Below, piece by piece: positions 11,401-19,813 of a stretch of DNA of 64,000 nt. The DNA comes from a virus, in IMG/VR virus record IMGVR_UViG_3300008952_003220, positions 1 through 64,000 of that record, one strand, 5' to 3'. The position numbers were made by a program, and so were the translations under genes. The notes beneath the pieces are model-generated. The model did not search any database. It saw nothing but the letters and a program-made list of their open reading frames with translations, and was not told where the DNA came from. The stretch's first letter is position 1. Each line of letters starts with the position of its first letter.

Positions 11401-11581
11401 CGGTACAACACTTGATAACATATATGCTGCAACAGTCATTAGTCATACACTCAATTCATCCGGGTTTGAGACAAGCTTTAAGGGCACTTTTCAGGGAAGC
11501 GGCACGACTAGAAACCTAAGGAACACACTTATAGCTGTCCAGCCTGTTCTTAAAGAAGCTGAAGAAGAAAATGAACAGTAG
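8411..11581 (+). CDS. Large baseplate hub-like structural protein
   Basis: 1056 aa; VEYGW motif and a C-terminal MFGMPLL..FFIDLGTGTTLDNIY..ISHTL..FETS beta region; follows the LysM gene. Confidence 0.55.
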   Translation: MAKKHSSSTIHQSALGELRGFFGFQSNSDLISLATGIQAGGDESAVSQAQVGLVGNLGGQGNTVVQDGYSDEVQAIMSLLLDVTEGAYYTYNFTTETELKQTLAEIPQGGVEEGTHAFGIQSFVQIVHEGPLTIDAFHVIKHERQDDEGRTVSQKMSRIVAPAKQGTAGSYDGLCSEEEVGINIGSATRPNKISSPSLSAYLFPSLRIGPQTRDTDSVGIFANSIPNVELSRCVPYINMTFYTDLPGENVQADKNGQMGILRFLGAVDHGPTPTSLDNTGLANVTPDIVFQQIEGDDLAGDILDSAGMDTGDQTRVGFAGMEMFTAPMTLANADMNASGYVASHYGNKEILDPLRPLLSLTSLTVRIDGTGHAALASKKASVSMKLHDRSRMSDIAPMISADRFANTHVIVEYGWKHPDGGFNSNNVYGRFLDSLKLKDAFNITHTNMSINNTGEVDITMELANLGTFAAVTAPIVAGRFIPLSIAKSLIDRYISGLMSINNSQVGSVLTDIRNKFEVGVGDAAGSSAIVRRSIVSDIVQNVRSGNISELSQIIEDLVGEDGTGGALSDSADSIGSEIGNKLAALDINIGGDIDVFWHQGMFQRLINFTYGSEDSSAHSEANSDVYVSLGRVVCSFIGYPIASCLAFDEVQVMFYSFNSQAGSMRPYSTCHFPIKIAKLTGLIDQMAYGSDGGELGRTPTTADMMSILTELVSNPNDLAYGMSNLYEEYRSGEQESEAVNKMSEAEREAYNESRQVAEDLLSSSQSSKLESIYLDDGLGGTGDFKQPQLEFYLEAVPALTLDDEGTRGVVEGSTILRIHVFDKSASPHVSELFMLRMANDSEIASRYNQVAASEERLSSSEESLSRAEGDPARQLTLSNLRDIDEEAYTAASSNFTSYVNSLPSWVIKEAIKTTVPSITMGSMFNAIKNVSVNSTTSGAVGRERLITATLDRADNQEMQGAGSNVDDIFVIPATLDIKMFGMPLLNYSQQFFIDLGTGTTLDNIYAATVISHTLNSSGFETSFKGTFQGSGTTRNLRNTLIAVQPVLKEAEEENEQ

Positions 11582-11599
11582 AAAAGTCTGTGTTAATAT
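11571..11599 (+). promoter_or_regulatory. Sigma70-like promoter of the polA-like gene (probably leaderless)
   Basis: ATGAAC-17-TAATAT with TGn extension; GTG start 5 nt downstream. Confidence 0.5.
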
Positions 11600-11604
11600 G
11601 ATAT

Positions 11605-12804
11605 GTGAATCTTGTAATTTCAAAAGAAATTTTAGGATCTGAACATCACCTAATTTGTGATCAAGGTCTTAGAACATTCAAGTGGTCTGATATCATTCCT
11701 AGAGATGGCTGGATTTATTCTGACTGTAGGCGTCTTAGGGATCTTGGAACAATTCTAGGTGCAAAAGGTATGTCTGTTTGTGACATATTTGATGAATCAA
11801 ATGTGAGAGCGTGGGATGCTCTAAGGGACTGTGGGACAAAGGGCGTCCCTGCCCATAGTGCTCTTCCCACAAGCATCTTTAAAAAGCGGCTTTCTATGCT
11901 TCTAGATCAGCTCTGGTTGTTCTTAGTAGATAATCAAGGTAATTACTACATGAATGAGTTTCTAGAGGGACGTAAGCTGCTTATGAGCCTCGAGCGGCCC
12001 AAGATTGATTATCAATCCTATAGCAATGAAATTAAGCTGTCATCATCTGGGTCTATAGCCAATCTTGAAAAATTCCAGCCAGACAGCTCTGGATATTCAA
12101 AGAAGACTAATTATAGCCAGATAGGATCGGTAACAGGAAGGGTAACAGCGACAGGGCCAAACATACTGACTCTAAAGAAATCTCATAGAAAGATTTTTAC
12201 TTCTAGATTTCCCAAAGGAAGAGTCTTGCAAATTGATTTAGTCTCACTTGAGCCCCGAGTTGCTCTTTTAATTTTAAATAAGCTCCCACCTGATGACATC
12301 TACGACCATGTTAGCGATCGAATATTTAAAAGAAAGATCGATAGAGATACAGTAAAAATAATTACGCTGTGCTGTTTGTACGGTGCCTCAGCTCATAGCA
12401 TTGCACCCAAGGTGGGTGGGTTGCAAAAAGCCAAAGACTGTCTAAGCCAGATTGAGAGATTTTTTCAGATAGATCAGATAGATCAAAGTCTAAGATCTGA
12501 GGTTTCTCGACATGGATTTTTTAAAAACTATTACGGTAGAGAGCTTTTAGATAGCGAGTCTAGAGTAAATCACTTTATTCAATCTTCAAGTGTTGATGTT
12601 GCTCTTCTTGGCTTTTCAGGGCTTATGAGAGAGTGCAAAGCACAGATGCTGAATGTTATTCCTTTGTTTGTTATTCACGATGCTTTGATTGTAGATGTTG
12701 ATAGTGAATCTATTTCTAAGTTTAAAGAACTAGTAAGTTCTGGATTAAAGGTTCCAAAGATAGGACCTCAGCTACCGATAAAAATTAAAAACACACATAA
12801 CTAA
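11605..12804 (+). CDS. Compact family A DNA polymerase (PolA polymerase domain only)
   Basis: SVTGRV; motif A IDLVSLEPRV; motif B RDTVKIITLCCLYG; NHFIQSSSVD; motif C IHDAL. Confidence 0.85.
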   Translation: MNLVISKEILGSEHHLICDQGLRTFKWSDIIPRDGWIYSDCRRLRDLGTILGAKGMSVCDIFDESNVRAWDALRDCGTKGVPAHSALPTSIFKKRLSMLLDQLWLFLVDNQGNYYMNEFLEGRKLLMSLERPKIDYQSYSNEIKLSSSGSIANLEKFQPDSSGYSKKTNYSQIGSVTGRVTATGPNILTLKKSHRKIFTSRFPKGRVLQIDLVSLEPRVALLILNKLPPDDIYDHVSDRIFKRKIDRDTVKIITLCCLYGASAHSIAPKVGGLQKAKDCLSQIERFFQIDQIDQSLRSEVSRHGFFKNYYGRELLDSESRVNHFIQSSSVDVALLGFSGLMRECKAQMLNVIPLFVIHDALIVDVDSESISKFKELVSSGLKVPKIGPQLPIKIKNTHN

Positions 12805-12821
12805 ATTAATAAGGAGATGCT

Positions 12822-13400
12822 ATGAAAAGTGAATTTGAGAATGTAAAGTCAAATTGGGAAACGTTTGAAAAGCTTTGCGGGAGGCTATCAGATGATAGGC
12901 TTAATAAACTATTGGATGACTTAGGAGAGAGAATCTGTCTGTGCCCTGCAAGCACAAGAAAGGATGAAGCAGGATGCTATCCTGGTGGATTAGTTGATAA
13001 TTCTCTAAAGATAACTGCAGCTATGAGAAACTTAAATGATACTTTTGATCTAGGTGTCCCAGTTAGCTCAATTATTAAGACAGGTCTTTTTCATGATATT
13101 GGTAAAATAGGTGATCTTAACACACCCATGTTCATTGAGCAAGATTCCGACTGGCATAGAGAAAAGCTTGGACAGATTTACAAGTTCAATGAGGAGCTTA
13201 AAAGGGCTTCATTTACCCACCTCTCACTCTTTATTCTTCAAAGCTTCAATATCACTTTAACAAAAGATGAGTGGATTGCAATTCAAATATCATCAGGTCC
13301 ACAATTAGAAGAAAATAAATTCTATGTGGGCCATGAGCCTTCACTTGCAATTCTTCTTCAGTCAGCAAAGAGGTTTGTAATTCATAAAGATAGTGAATAA
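12822..13400 (+). CDS. HD-domain phosphohydrolase-like protein
   Basis: PAS..YPGGLVD and LFHDIGKIG; some usual His ligands appear absent. Confidence 0.7.
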   Translation: MKSEFENVKSNWETFEKLCGRLSDDRLNKLLDDLGERICLCPASTRKDEAGCYPGGLVDNSLKITAAMRNLNDTFDLGVPVSSIIKTGLFHDIGKIGDLNTPMFIEQDSDWHREKLGQIYKFNEELKRASFTHLSLFILQSFNITLTKDEWIAIQISSGPQLEENKFYVGHEPSLAILLQSAKRFVIHKDSE

Positions 13401-13408
13401 TTATCTTT

Positions 13409-15148
13409 ATGACTAAGAAAATTAAAGAAGCCGCGGGACCGTCTGGAGGTGTCTATGGAATGACAGGAATTCCTGTGCTAGGCGCCATCGGTGGAGGTGA
13501 TGGGTATAAAGATAAGATTGGTAAAAATAGAAGACCTCCTTTTCATGGCGACACTGGATCTCCTAGCCATTCTGCTGATGCAGGCTGGTCCTCACAGGGG
13601 CTGTCAAGAGTGAATAAGGGCTATGCGGAAGACGTAGATTTGTTTTATGATGTTATGTTTCCAGAGCAAGAAGATGAAGAGATAATCCCCGATGAAGAGA
13701 ATATCTATTATATGTACGATGATTCACCCTTAGTAACGAGAAAGTTACCGCAGCATTCCCTTAAATTAAGGCCTCATTCAAAATATATCAAAAGCCCTTC
13801 GGAGCTTGCAGAGATCAAGGAATCTTACATGACAAAAAAGCAATACAGTCTTAAGCCTCTTTTTGAAGATACATCACACATAAGATTGGATGAATTTGAT
13901 TTATCTAGTATCGGCCTTCCCGATATTGATATGCCTGATATCGATCTTGACTTTGATTTTTCTGAAATACCGGGAATGCAGTTTCTTCAAGATATTGCAT
14001 CTAAGCCGGCTGAGATTATAGCTGATGAGCTAGGCCCAATTGCTGATCTCATCATTCCTGCCCTAGATTCAGTTACTGATATAGCGGGTGACTTACTGGC
14101 AGCTGGAATGGGGTTTGTTCCCATTGCCGGAGATGCTGTTGCTCTTGGGCTTGTAGCGTTTAACATTGCTCAGCTTCAAGGTGACCTAGCAAAGGCAGAT
14201 GCAGCCATAGCTGCATTTCAAAGAAATCCCTCTGATGAGGGTCGAAATTTGCTGGCAAAAATATTAAATGATATGAACACTAACGTTCTTGATGTCATGC
14301 AGAGAGCTCTTGAAGCTGTTCCCGACCCAGGTGTCTCTGAGGCTACGTCACTAATGCTTTCAGTAAAGCAGAATGCTTTTAGGCTTAGATCATTGCTAAG
14401 TAGTATTGGCATGAGACACAGTAGAGATCGTATAGGGCTGACCCAGCGCGTGAGAGAAAAAGCGCAAATAACTTTAGTTATTAAGCCTGCCCTAGCGTCA
14501 CTTATTGGCCTTATTAATAGTGGATACGCTCCCGCCGCACTGGTTGAAAATAAGAATGATATCCTCAGACTTCCCAAGATGATGGCAGCTCTTTACGATC
14601 TAATTACTGTTTGGGATGCTCACGGCGAGGTTGCTGATATCTTAGGACTTGATGATGAAGTAGAGCCCGAGGCTACAGACCCGGAAGACGACATTCTTCT
14701 TCCAGATTTTGAATATTCAGAGGCTATGCCTGACGCGGTGGCAGAGTCTTCTATGCGGGATTACATTAAAGAGATTATGCTCCGTGAGTATGCAAAGAGG
14801 TATGCTGTAAATCTTAGAGGGCCCAGCCCAGAGGGGTACCTTAGTTTTGATCCAAAAGAATTGGGAGAACAGCCAGAGGTCTTTTCTGATGATGATGTAA
14901 CAGACTTTAATCTGAACTCAGTTCTATATCCAAATGATGGTGGGTATTCTGCATATAGCCCTAAGTCTTTAAGTGAGTCAAACATAAAAGATTTCATAAG
15001 AGAGATGGCTCTTGAAGTTCTTACTGGTGATGAAGAAGACGACGACGAAGATGAAGATAGAAGATCTGATGAGATTTCATCTGGCGGAGTCCCAGGTGCT
15101 GCAATGCCAATGCAGACTGGCTCAAAAAAAAATACAAGAAACGGCTAG
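13409..15148 (+). CDS. Acidic hypothetical protein, likely virion-internal; may extend to 15243 by a -1 shift
   Basis: 579 aa; ATAATTA upstream; internal ESSMRDYIKEIMLRE and ESNIKDFIREMALE motifs. Confidence 0.7.
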   Translation: MTKKIKEAAGPSGGVYGMTGIPVLGAIGGGDGYKDKIGKNRRPPFHGDTGSPSHSADAGWSSQGLSRVNKGYAEDVDLFYDVMFPEQEDEEIIPDEENIYYMYDDSPLVTRKLPQHSLKLRPHSKYIKSPSELAEIKESYMTKKQYSLKPLFEDTSHIRLDEFDLSSIGLPDIDMPDIDLDFDFSEIPGMQFLQDIASKPAEIIADELGPIADLIIPALDSVTDIAGDLLAAGMGFVPIAGDAVALGLVAFNIAQLQGDLAKADAAIAAFQRNPSDEGRNLLAKILNDMNTNVLDVMQRALEAVPDPGVSEATSLMLSVKQNAFRLRSLLSSIGMRHSRDRIGLTQRVREKAQITLVIKPALASLIGLINSGYAPAALVENKNDILRLPKMMAALYDLITVWDAHGEVADILGLDDEVEPEATDPEDDILLPDFEYSEAMPDAVAESSMRDYIKEIMLREYAKRYAVNLRGPSPEGYLSFDPKELGEQPEVFSDDDVTDFNLNSVLYPNDGGYSAYSPKSLSESNIKDFIREMALEVLTGDEEDDDEDEDRRSDEISSGGVPGAAMPMQTGSKKNTRNG

Positions 15149-15256
15149 AAAAAGCAGCTCAGGCTCAAGGGGGATCTCTGGTCGATCCTGATCTAGCTAT
15201 GTCTTATTACGACACCGCAGCCGGGTTTGCTAGGGGTAATTAGTTTTTAATAATTT

Positions 15257-15286
15257 TTGAACATTATTTCAATCCTGGTGTAGTAT
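15257..15286 (+). promoter_or_regulatory. Sigma70-like promoter of the SSB gene
   Basis: TTGAAC-18-TAGTAT. Confidence 0.5.
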
Positions 15287-15358
15287 GAAAGTGCAGATAG
15301 ATTTATCTGTTATTAGATACTAAATTTTGCAAATTAGACATTGCAAACAGGAGAAAAA

Positions 15359-16132
15359 ATGTCACTTGATTTTGACGCTATTAGAAATAAGCTTGAGCGT
15401 CTTAGCGGAAATTCTAAGAATAGATCAAGCACCTGGCGACCAACAGAGGGAGAAGAGCATACAGTTCGTCTGCTTTCCTTTCCCAATAACGACGGTCAGC
15501 CTTTTAAGGAGCTTTGGTTTTATTACAATATCGGAAACAATAGGGGACTTCTTGCCCCGTATCAGTTTGACGATCCAGACCCTATTCAGGAGCTGATTAC
15601 TAAGCTTCGTGATGAGGGAACAAAGGAGTCTTATGAGCTAGCCAAGAAGCTTTACCCAAAAATGAGAACCTACGCTCCGGTTATTGTTCGTGGTGAAGAA
15701 GACAAAGGCGTTCAGATCTGGGGCTTCGGAAAGACTGTCTATCAGACACTTTTGGGACTAATGCTTGACGAGGACTACGGGGATATTACAGATCCCACTG
15801 ACGGGCGTGATGTCAAGGTCGTCTGTACGAAACAGCCAGGTAAGAAATGGGCCATGACTGAAGTTCGACCCAGAGGAAAATCTTCTAGTCTTTCTAACAA
15901 CACCAAGCAAACGCAAGAGTGGATGAATAGCATTCCAGATGTCATGAATCTTTTTCAGATGAAGTCGTATGATGAGCTAAGCAAGATCATTAACGACTGG
16001 ATCAATGAGGACGCTTTTGATGGAATGGGAACTGAAACTACAAAATCAACAAGTACATCTGCCTCTAGTCAGACTAAGAGCTCTGGCTACCAAAGTCTTG
16101 ATGACGCTTTTGCTGATCTTGTAGATAGCTAG
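15359..16132 (+). CDS. Single-stranded DNA-binding protein (T4 gp32-like)
   Basis: AGGAG RBS; WRP..HTVRLL, IWGFGKTVY, YGDITDP..GRD; acidic tail LDDAFADLVDS. Confidence 0.85.
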   Translation: MSLDFDAIRNKLERLSGNSKNRSSTWRPTEGEEHTVRLLSFPNNDGQPFKELWFYYNIGNNRGLLAPYQFDDPDPIQELITKLRDEGTKESYELAKKLYPKMRTYAPVIVRGEEDKGVQIWGFGKTVYQTLLGLMLDEDYGDITDPTDGRDVKVVCTKQPGKKWAMTEVRPRGKSSSLSNNTKQTQEWMNSIPDVMNLFQMKSYDELSKIINDWINEDAFDGMGTETTKSTSTSASSQTKSSGYQSLDDAFADLVDS

Positions 16133-16152
16133 AAGTCGCACACCTTGTTCTT

Positions 16153-16184
16153 ATGGTGCCCAAAAATGGGCACCATTTTTTTTT
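16153..16184 (+). terminator. Rho-independent terminator
   Basis: ATGGTGCCCA-AAAA-TGGGCACCAT followed by T8. Confidence 0.9.
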
Positions 16185-16243
16185 GGCTATTAATGAGTTG
16201 AACATTTTTGGTATCTATGATACTTTTACCTAATGGAGGAATT

Positions 16244-17407
16244 GTGAAAAAGAATCAAGACTTTACGTCAGATTTAATTAAATCACTTAACAAGGAGCAT
16301 GGAAGTAGAGTTGCCTATAACCTCTCTGAAGACGACTCGCCAACACATGTAAATAGGTGGATAAGCACAGGATCTAAGCTGCTTGACTATATCTGCTCTA
16401 ACAGAAGAGATGGTGGTCTTCCTGAGGGAAGAATTGTTGAGATATTTGGCCCACCTTCTATTGGAAAGTCTCACATAGCCACACAGATCGCTCGAACAAC
16501 TCAAATAATGGGCGGAATTGTAGTCTATATTGATACAGAAAATGCTACATCTGTAGAAAATTTACACATGCTTGGTGTTGACGTTTCTACTAGATTCGTC
16601 TATGTTGATACACATTGTACTGAAGAAGTTCTTTCAATTGCTGAAGCGACTATAATGAAAGCAAAAGCAATGGATAAGAATATTCCTGTAACAATAGTCT
16701 GGGACTCAGTTGCTGCATCATCTCCAAAGGCTGAGCTTTTAGGTGACTATGATAAAGATTCTATTGGGCTTCAAGCAAGAGCTATTTCCAAGGGAATGAG
16801 AAAAATTACAGGTGTGATTTCTAATCAAAACGTCCTGTTTGTTATCTTAAATCAGACTAGAATGAAAATTGGAGTTATGTTTGGTGACCCTGTGACAACC
16901 CCCGGGGGAAAGGCAATTCCCTTTCATGCATCAACTAGAATTAAACTAGGTGCTGGTCAACAGATCAAGGATGGAGATGATGTTATTGGCATTCATGTCT
17001 CTGCAAAGACTATTAAGAATAAGGTTGCACCTCCTTTTAGAAAAATTGATTTTGAAATTCACTTTGGAGTTGGTATCAAAGAGCATCAGCAGATATTTGA
17101 TATACTTAGAAAAAATGGATCTGAGATTATTAACGGAAAAGAGATATCTGTATCTGGAACTGGCTCTTGGAAATGTCTTAGCGTTATAAATGTTAGCACA
17201 GGTGAGTCTATTGTTGAAAAGAAATTTCATAAGCCAAAGTTTGATGAAATTATGAAAGACAAAGAATACTCATCGTATATTGATGATCTAATAGAGAGAG
17301 TTATGATAAAAAAGCTCAATAATGATGAACCTGATATAGACTTAGACTCATATGAAGAAGTTAAGTCTCTATCTGATAATCACTTAGATGATATTACAAT
17401 TGAATAG
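16244..17407 (+). CDS. recA: RecA/UvsX recombinase
   Basis: ISTGS, Walker A GPPSIGKS, YIDTENA, WDSVAA, NQTR, TPGGKAIPF, KNKVAPPF; GGAGGA RBS before GTG 16244; TTGAAC-17-TACTTT promoter at 16198. Confidence 0.93.
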   Translation: MKKNQDFTSDLIKSLNKEHGSRVAYNLSEDDSPTHVNRWISTGSKLLDYICSNRRDGGLPEGRIVEIFGPPSIGKSHIATQIARTTQIMGGIVVYIDTENATSVENLHMLGVDVSTRFVYVDTHCTEEVLSIAEATIMKAKAMDKNIPVTIVWDSVAASSPKAELLGDYDKDSIGLQARAISKGMRKITGVISNQNVLFVILNQTRMKIGVMFGDPVTTPGGKAIPFHASTRIKLGAGQQIKDGDDVIGIHVSAKTIKNKVAPPFRKIDFEIHFGVGIKEHQQIFDILRKNGSEIINGKEISVSGTGSWKCLSVINVSTGESIVEKKFHKPKFDEIMKDKEYSSYIDDLIERVMIKKLNNDEPDIDLDSYEEVKSLSDNHLDDITIE

Positions 17408-17415
17408 GCTGTCAT

Positions 17416-18378
17416 TTGAAAGATTCGGATTCACAAGATCTTATATTTCTAGTAGATGCTCTCAATCTATTTACTCAGCATTACGTTGCTCACCCAGCTG
17501 TTGGATCAGATGGTCAGCATGTAGGTGGGATTGTTGGGTTTCTTTACGCAATTGTTAACTTTGTGGAACAGTATCAGCCCAAGAGAGTTATAATTGTCTG
17601 GGAAGGCGGAGGTTCTTCAAGAAGAAGATCTCTTTATAGTGACTATAAGCAAAAAAGAAGGGCAGCTAAGCTTAACAGGTTTTATGAAGATGATCTTCCC
17701 GATACAGTTCAAAATAGAAATCACCAACTAAGCGTCTTGGTTGAGATATTTAAATGCCTCCCTATAAATCAGATATATGTTCCTGACTGTGAAGCTGATG
17801 ACGTTATTGGATATTTGTGCAAATATACGTTTAGAAACGATAGAAAGCTAATCATGTCTTCTGATAGGGATTATTATCAGCTACTAGATAATAAAACAAT
17901 TATCTACTCTCCAACGTGGAAGAAGCTTGTGACAAAAAAAGAGGTCAAGGAAAAGTTTAAAATATCCCCTTCAAACTTTTGTTTAGCAAAATCTATTGTA
18001 GGAGACGCTTCTGACAATATTCAAGGTGTCAGAGGAGCTGGATTCAAGACGCTTGCCAATAGATTTCCTCAGCTTAAAAGCGATGATGATATTACAATAC
18101 AAGAAATTATTCAAGTTTCAAAGACATGCCTCACTGAAGGGAGCAAGCTAAAGATTTATGAGAGAATCACATCTTCAGAGGATCTCATAAGAAGAAACTG
18201 GAAGCTTATCTATCTCGATAGCAAAAATCTATCACCATTTCAGATTGATAAGATTAATAATTCTATTGATACTTTTAGCCCTGTTAGAAATAAGATGAAT
18301 GTATTAAGGATTCTCTTAAAAGAGGGAATTCAAACTTTTAATGTAGATCGGCTTTTTCTTTCTACGCGCTACATTTAA
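17416..18378 (+). CDS. 5'-3' exonuclease / flap endonuclease (T4 RNase H or PolI N-terminal-like)
   Basis: VDALN, YKQKR, EADDVIG, SSDRDYYQL, GDASDNIQGVRGAGFKT. Confidence 0.92.
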   Translation: MKDSDSQDLIFLVDALNLFTQHYVAHPAVGSDGQHVGGIVGFLYAIVNFVEQYQPKRVIIVWEGGGSSRRRSLYSDYKQKRRAAKLNRFYEDDLPDTVQNRNHQLSVLVEIFKCLPINQIYVPDCEADDVIGYLCKYTFRNDRKLIMSSDRDYYQLLDNKTIIYSPTWKKLVTKKEVKEKFKISPSNFCLAKSIVGDASDNIQGVRGAGFKTLANRFPQLKSDDDITIQEIIQVSKTCLTEGSKLKIYERITSSEDLIRRNWKLIYLDSKNLSPFQIDKINNSIDTFSPVRNKMNVLRILLKEGIQTFNVDRLFLSTRYI

Positions 18379-18396
18379 AATAAAGGAAATTATTTA

Positions 18397-19767
18397 ATGG
18401 ATCCATACTTTAAGAGATACGGTAAGTCATTTCAAGAAAAGATTTTTCAATCTTTCTTGACAGATAGTAACTGGGCTACTCAGATGACTGATGTGATGAC
18501 ACCTGAATATTTTGATTTAAAGTATCTCACCTATTTGACACAGAAGTATTTTTCTTATTTTGAAAAGTATAAGTGCTTTCCAACGCTATCGATACTGGTC
18601 ACGATTATCAAGGATGAGCTAAAGGAAGGAACAGATGCAATTCTTCGAGATCAGATAGTTGAATTTCTTCATAGAGTAAGAATGAATCCAGATGCAGGAG
18701 ATTTAAAGTATGTCAAAGAAAAGTCTCTTGATTTTTGTAGAAAGCAGGCATTAAAAGATGCCCTGGAAAAGTCTGTTGAATTGATTGAGTCTGAGAAGTA
18801 TGAGTCAGTTGTTGATTTAATGAAGCATGCGATATCTGTTGGAACGCCTTCTACTACTGGTCATGATTTTTTTGAAGACACAGAAGCCAGATTTGCTAAG
18901 ATTAGCAGGATTACATGCCCGACTGGTATTCCACAAATTGACAAAAAGGACATATTAAACGGAGGGCTTGGACGAGGAGAGATTGGTGTAATCACAGCTC
19001 CCACGGGTGTTGGAAAATCTCACTTTTTAGTACACGTCGGTGCAGCAGCACTCAGGGTTGGAAAAAATGTTGTTCATTATACTTTTGAACTAACAGAGAC
19101 ATCTGTCGGGATTAGATACGATAGCAATCTATGTAATATTCCAAGTAATGAAGTAAGGGATAGAAAGAAAGAGGTACTTTCTAAATACGATAATATGGAC
19201 TTAGGAAGGTTAATAATCAAGGAGTACCCAACAGGATCTGCAACAGTCAATACTATTAGAGCACATCTTGAAAAACTTTCTCTTAAATCTTTTGTTCCAA
19301 GTCTGATAATTATTGATTATGCAGACATCATGAGATCATCTAGAAAGTATGATTCTCTTAGGCATGAGCTTAAATTAATATATGAAGAGCTTAGAAATCT
19401 GGCGATGGATATGAAAATTCCTATATGGACAGCCAGTCAGGCCAATAGAGATGCGTCTAACGCTTCAGTTGTCGGATTAGAAAATATGTCTGAGGCCTAT
19501 GGAAAGGCTATGGTTTCTGACGTTGTTGTCTCAATATCAAGAAAGCCTATGGAAAAATCTAGCGGTGTAGGTAGAATGTTTATAGCTAAAAATAGAGCAG
19601 GTCGTGATGGAATTCTTTTTCCGATTATGCTGGATACTTCTACCAGCCGTATTAATATAATTGACAATGCAGATGAGCTCTCTTTAAGTGAAGTCGTAAA
19701 GTCTGACAAAGATCTTATGAAAAACTTATTAAAATCTAAGTGGAATGAATTACAAAGCGGTGATTAA
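18397..19767 (+). CDS. dnaB: Replicative DnaB/gp41-like helicase
   Basis: APTGVGKS, YTFEL, IIDYADIM, WTASQANR, KNRAGRDG. Confidence 0.92.
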   Translation: MDPYFKRYGKSFQEKIFQSFLTDSNWATQMTDVMTPEYFDLKYLTYLTQKYFSYFEKYKCFPTLSILVTIIKDELKEGTDAILRDQIVEFLHRVRMNPDAGDLKYVKEKSLDFCRKQALKDALEKSVELIESEKYESVVDLMKHAISVGTPSTTGHDFFEDTEARFAKISRITCPTGIPQIDKKDILNGGLGRGEIGVITAPTGVGKSHFLVHVGAAALRVGKNVVHYTFELTETSVGIRYDSNLCNIPSNEVRDRKKEVLSKYDNMDLGRLIIKEYPTGSATVNTIRAHLEKLSLKSFVPSLIIIDYADIMRSSRKYDSLRHELKLIYEELRNLAMDMKIPIWTASQANRDASNASVVGLENMSEAYGKAMVSDVVVSISRKPMEKSSGVGRMFIAKNRAGRDGILFPIMLDTSTSRINIIDNADELSLSEVVKSDKDLMKNLLKSKWNELQSGD

Positions 19768-19813
19768 CTTATCGCAAATATTTGTTTAAAAAGAAAGTGG
19801 GAGGCTAACTTTA

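Noticed and set aside
14090-14180. GFVPIAGDAV resembling a pre-toxin TG motif in 13409-15148
   Set aside because: The match is short, with no recognisable toxin domain or adjacent immunity gene
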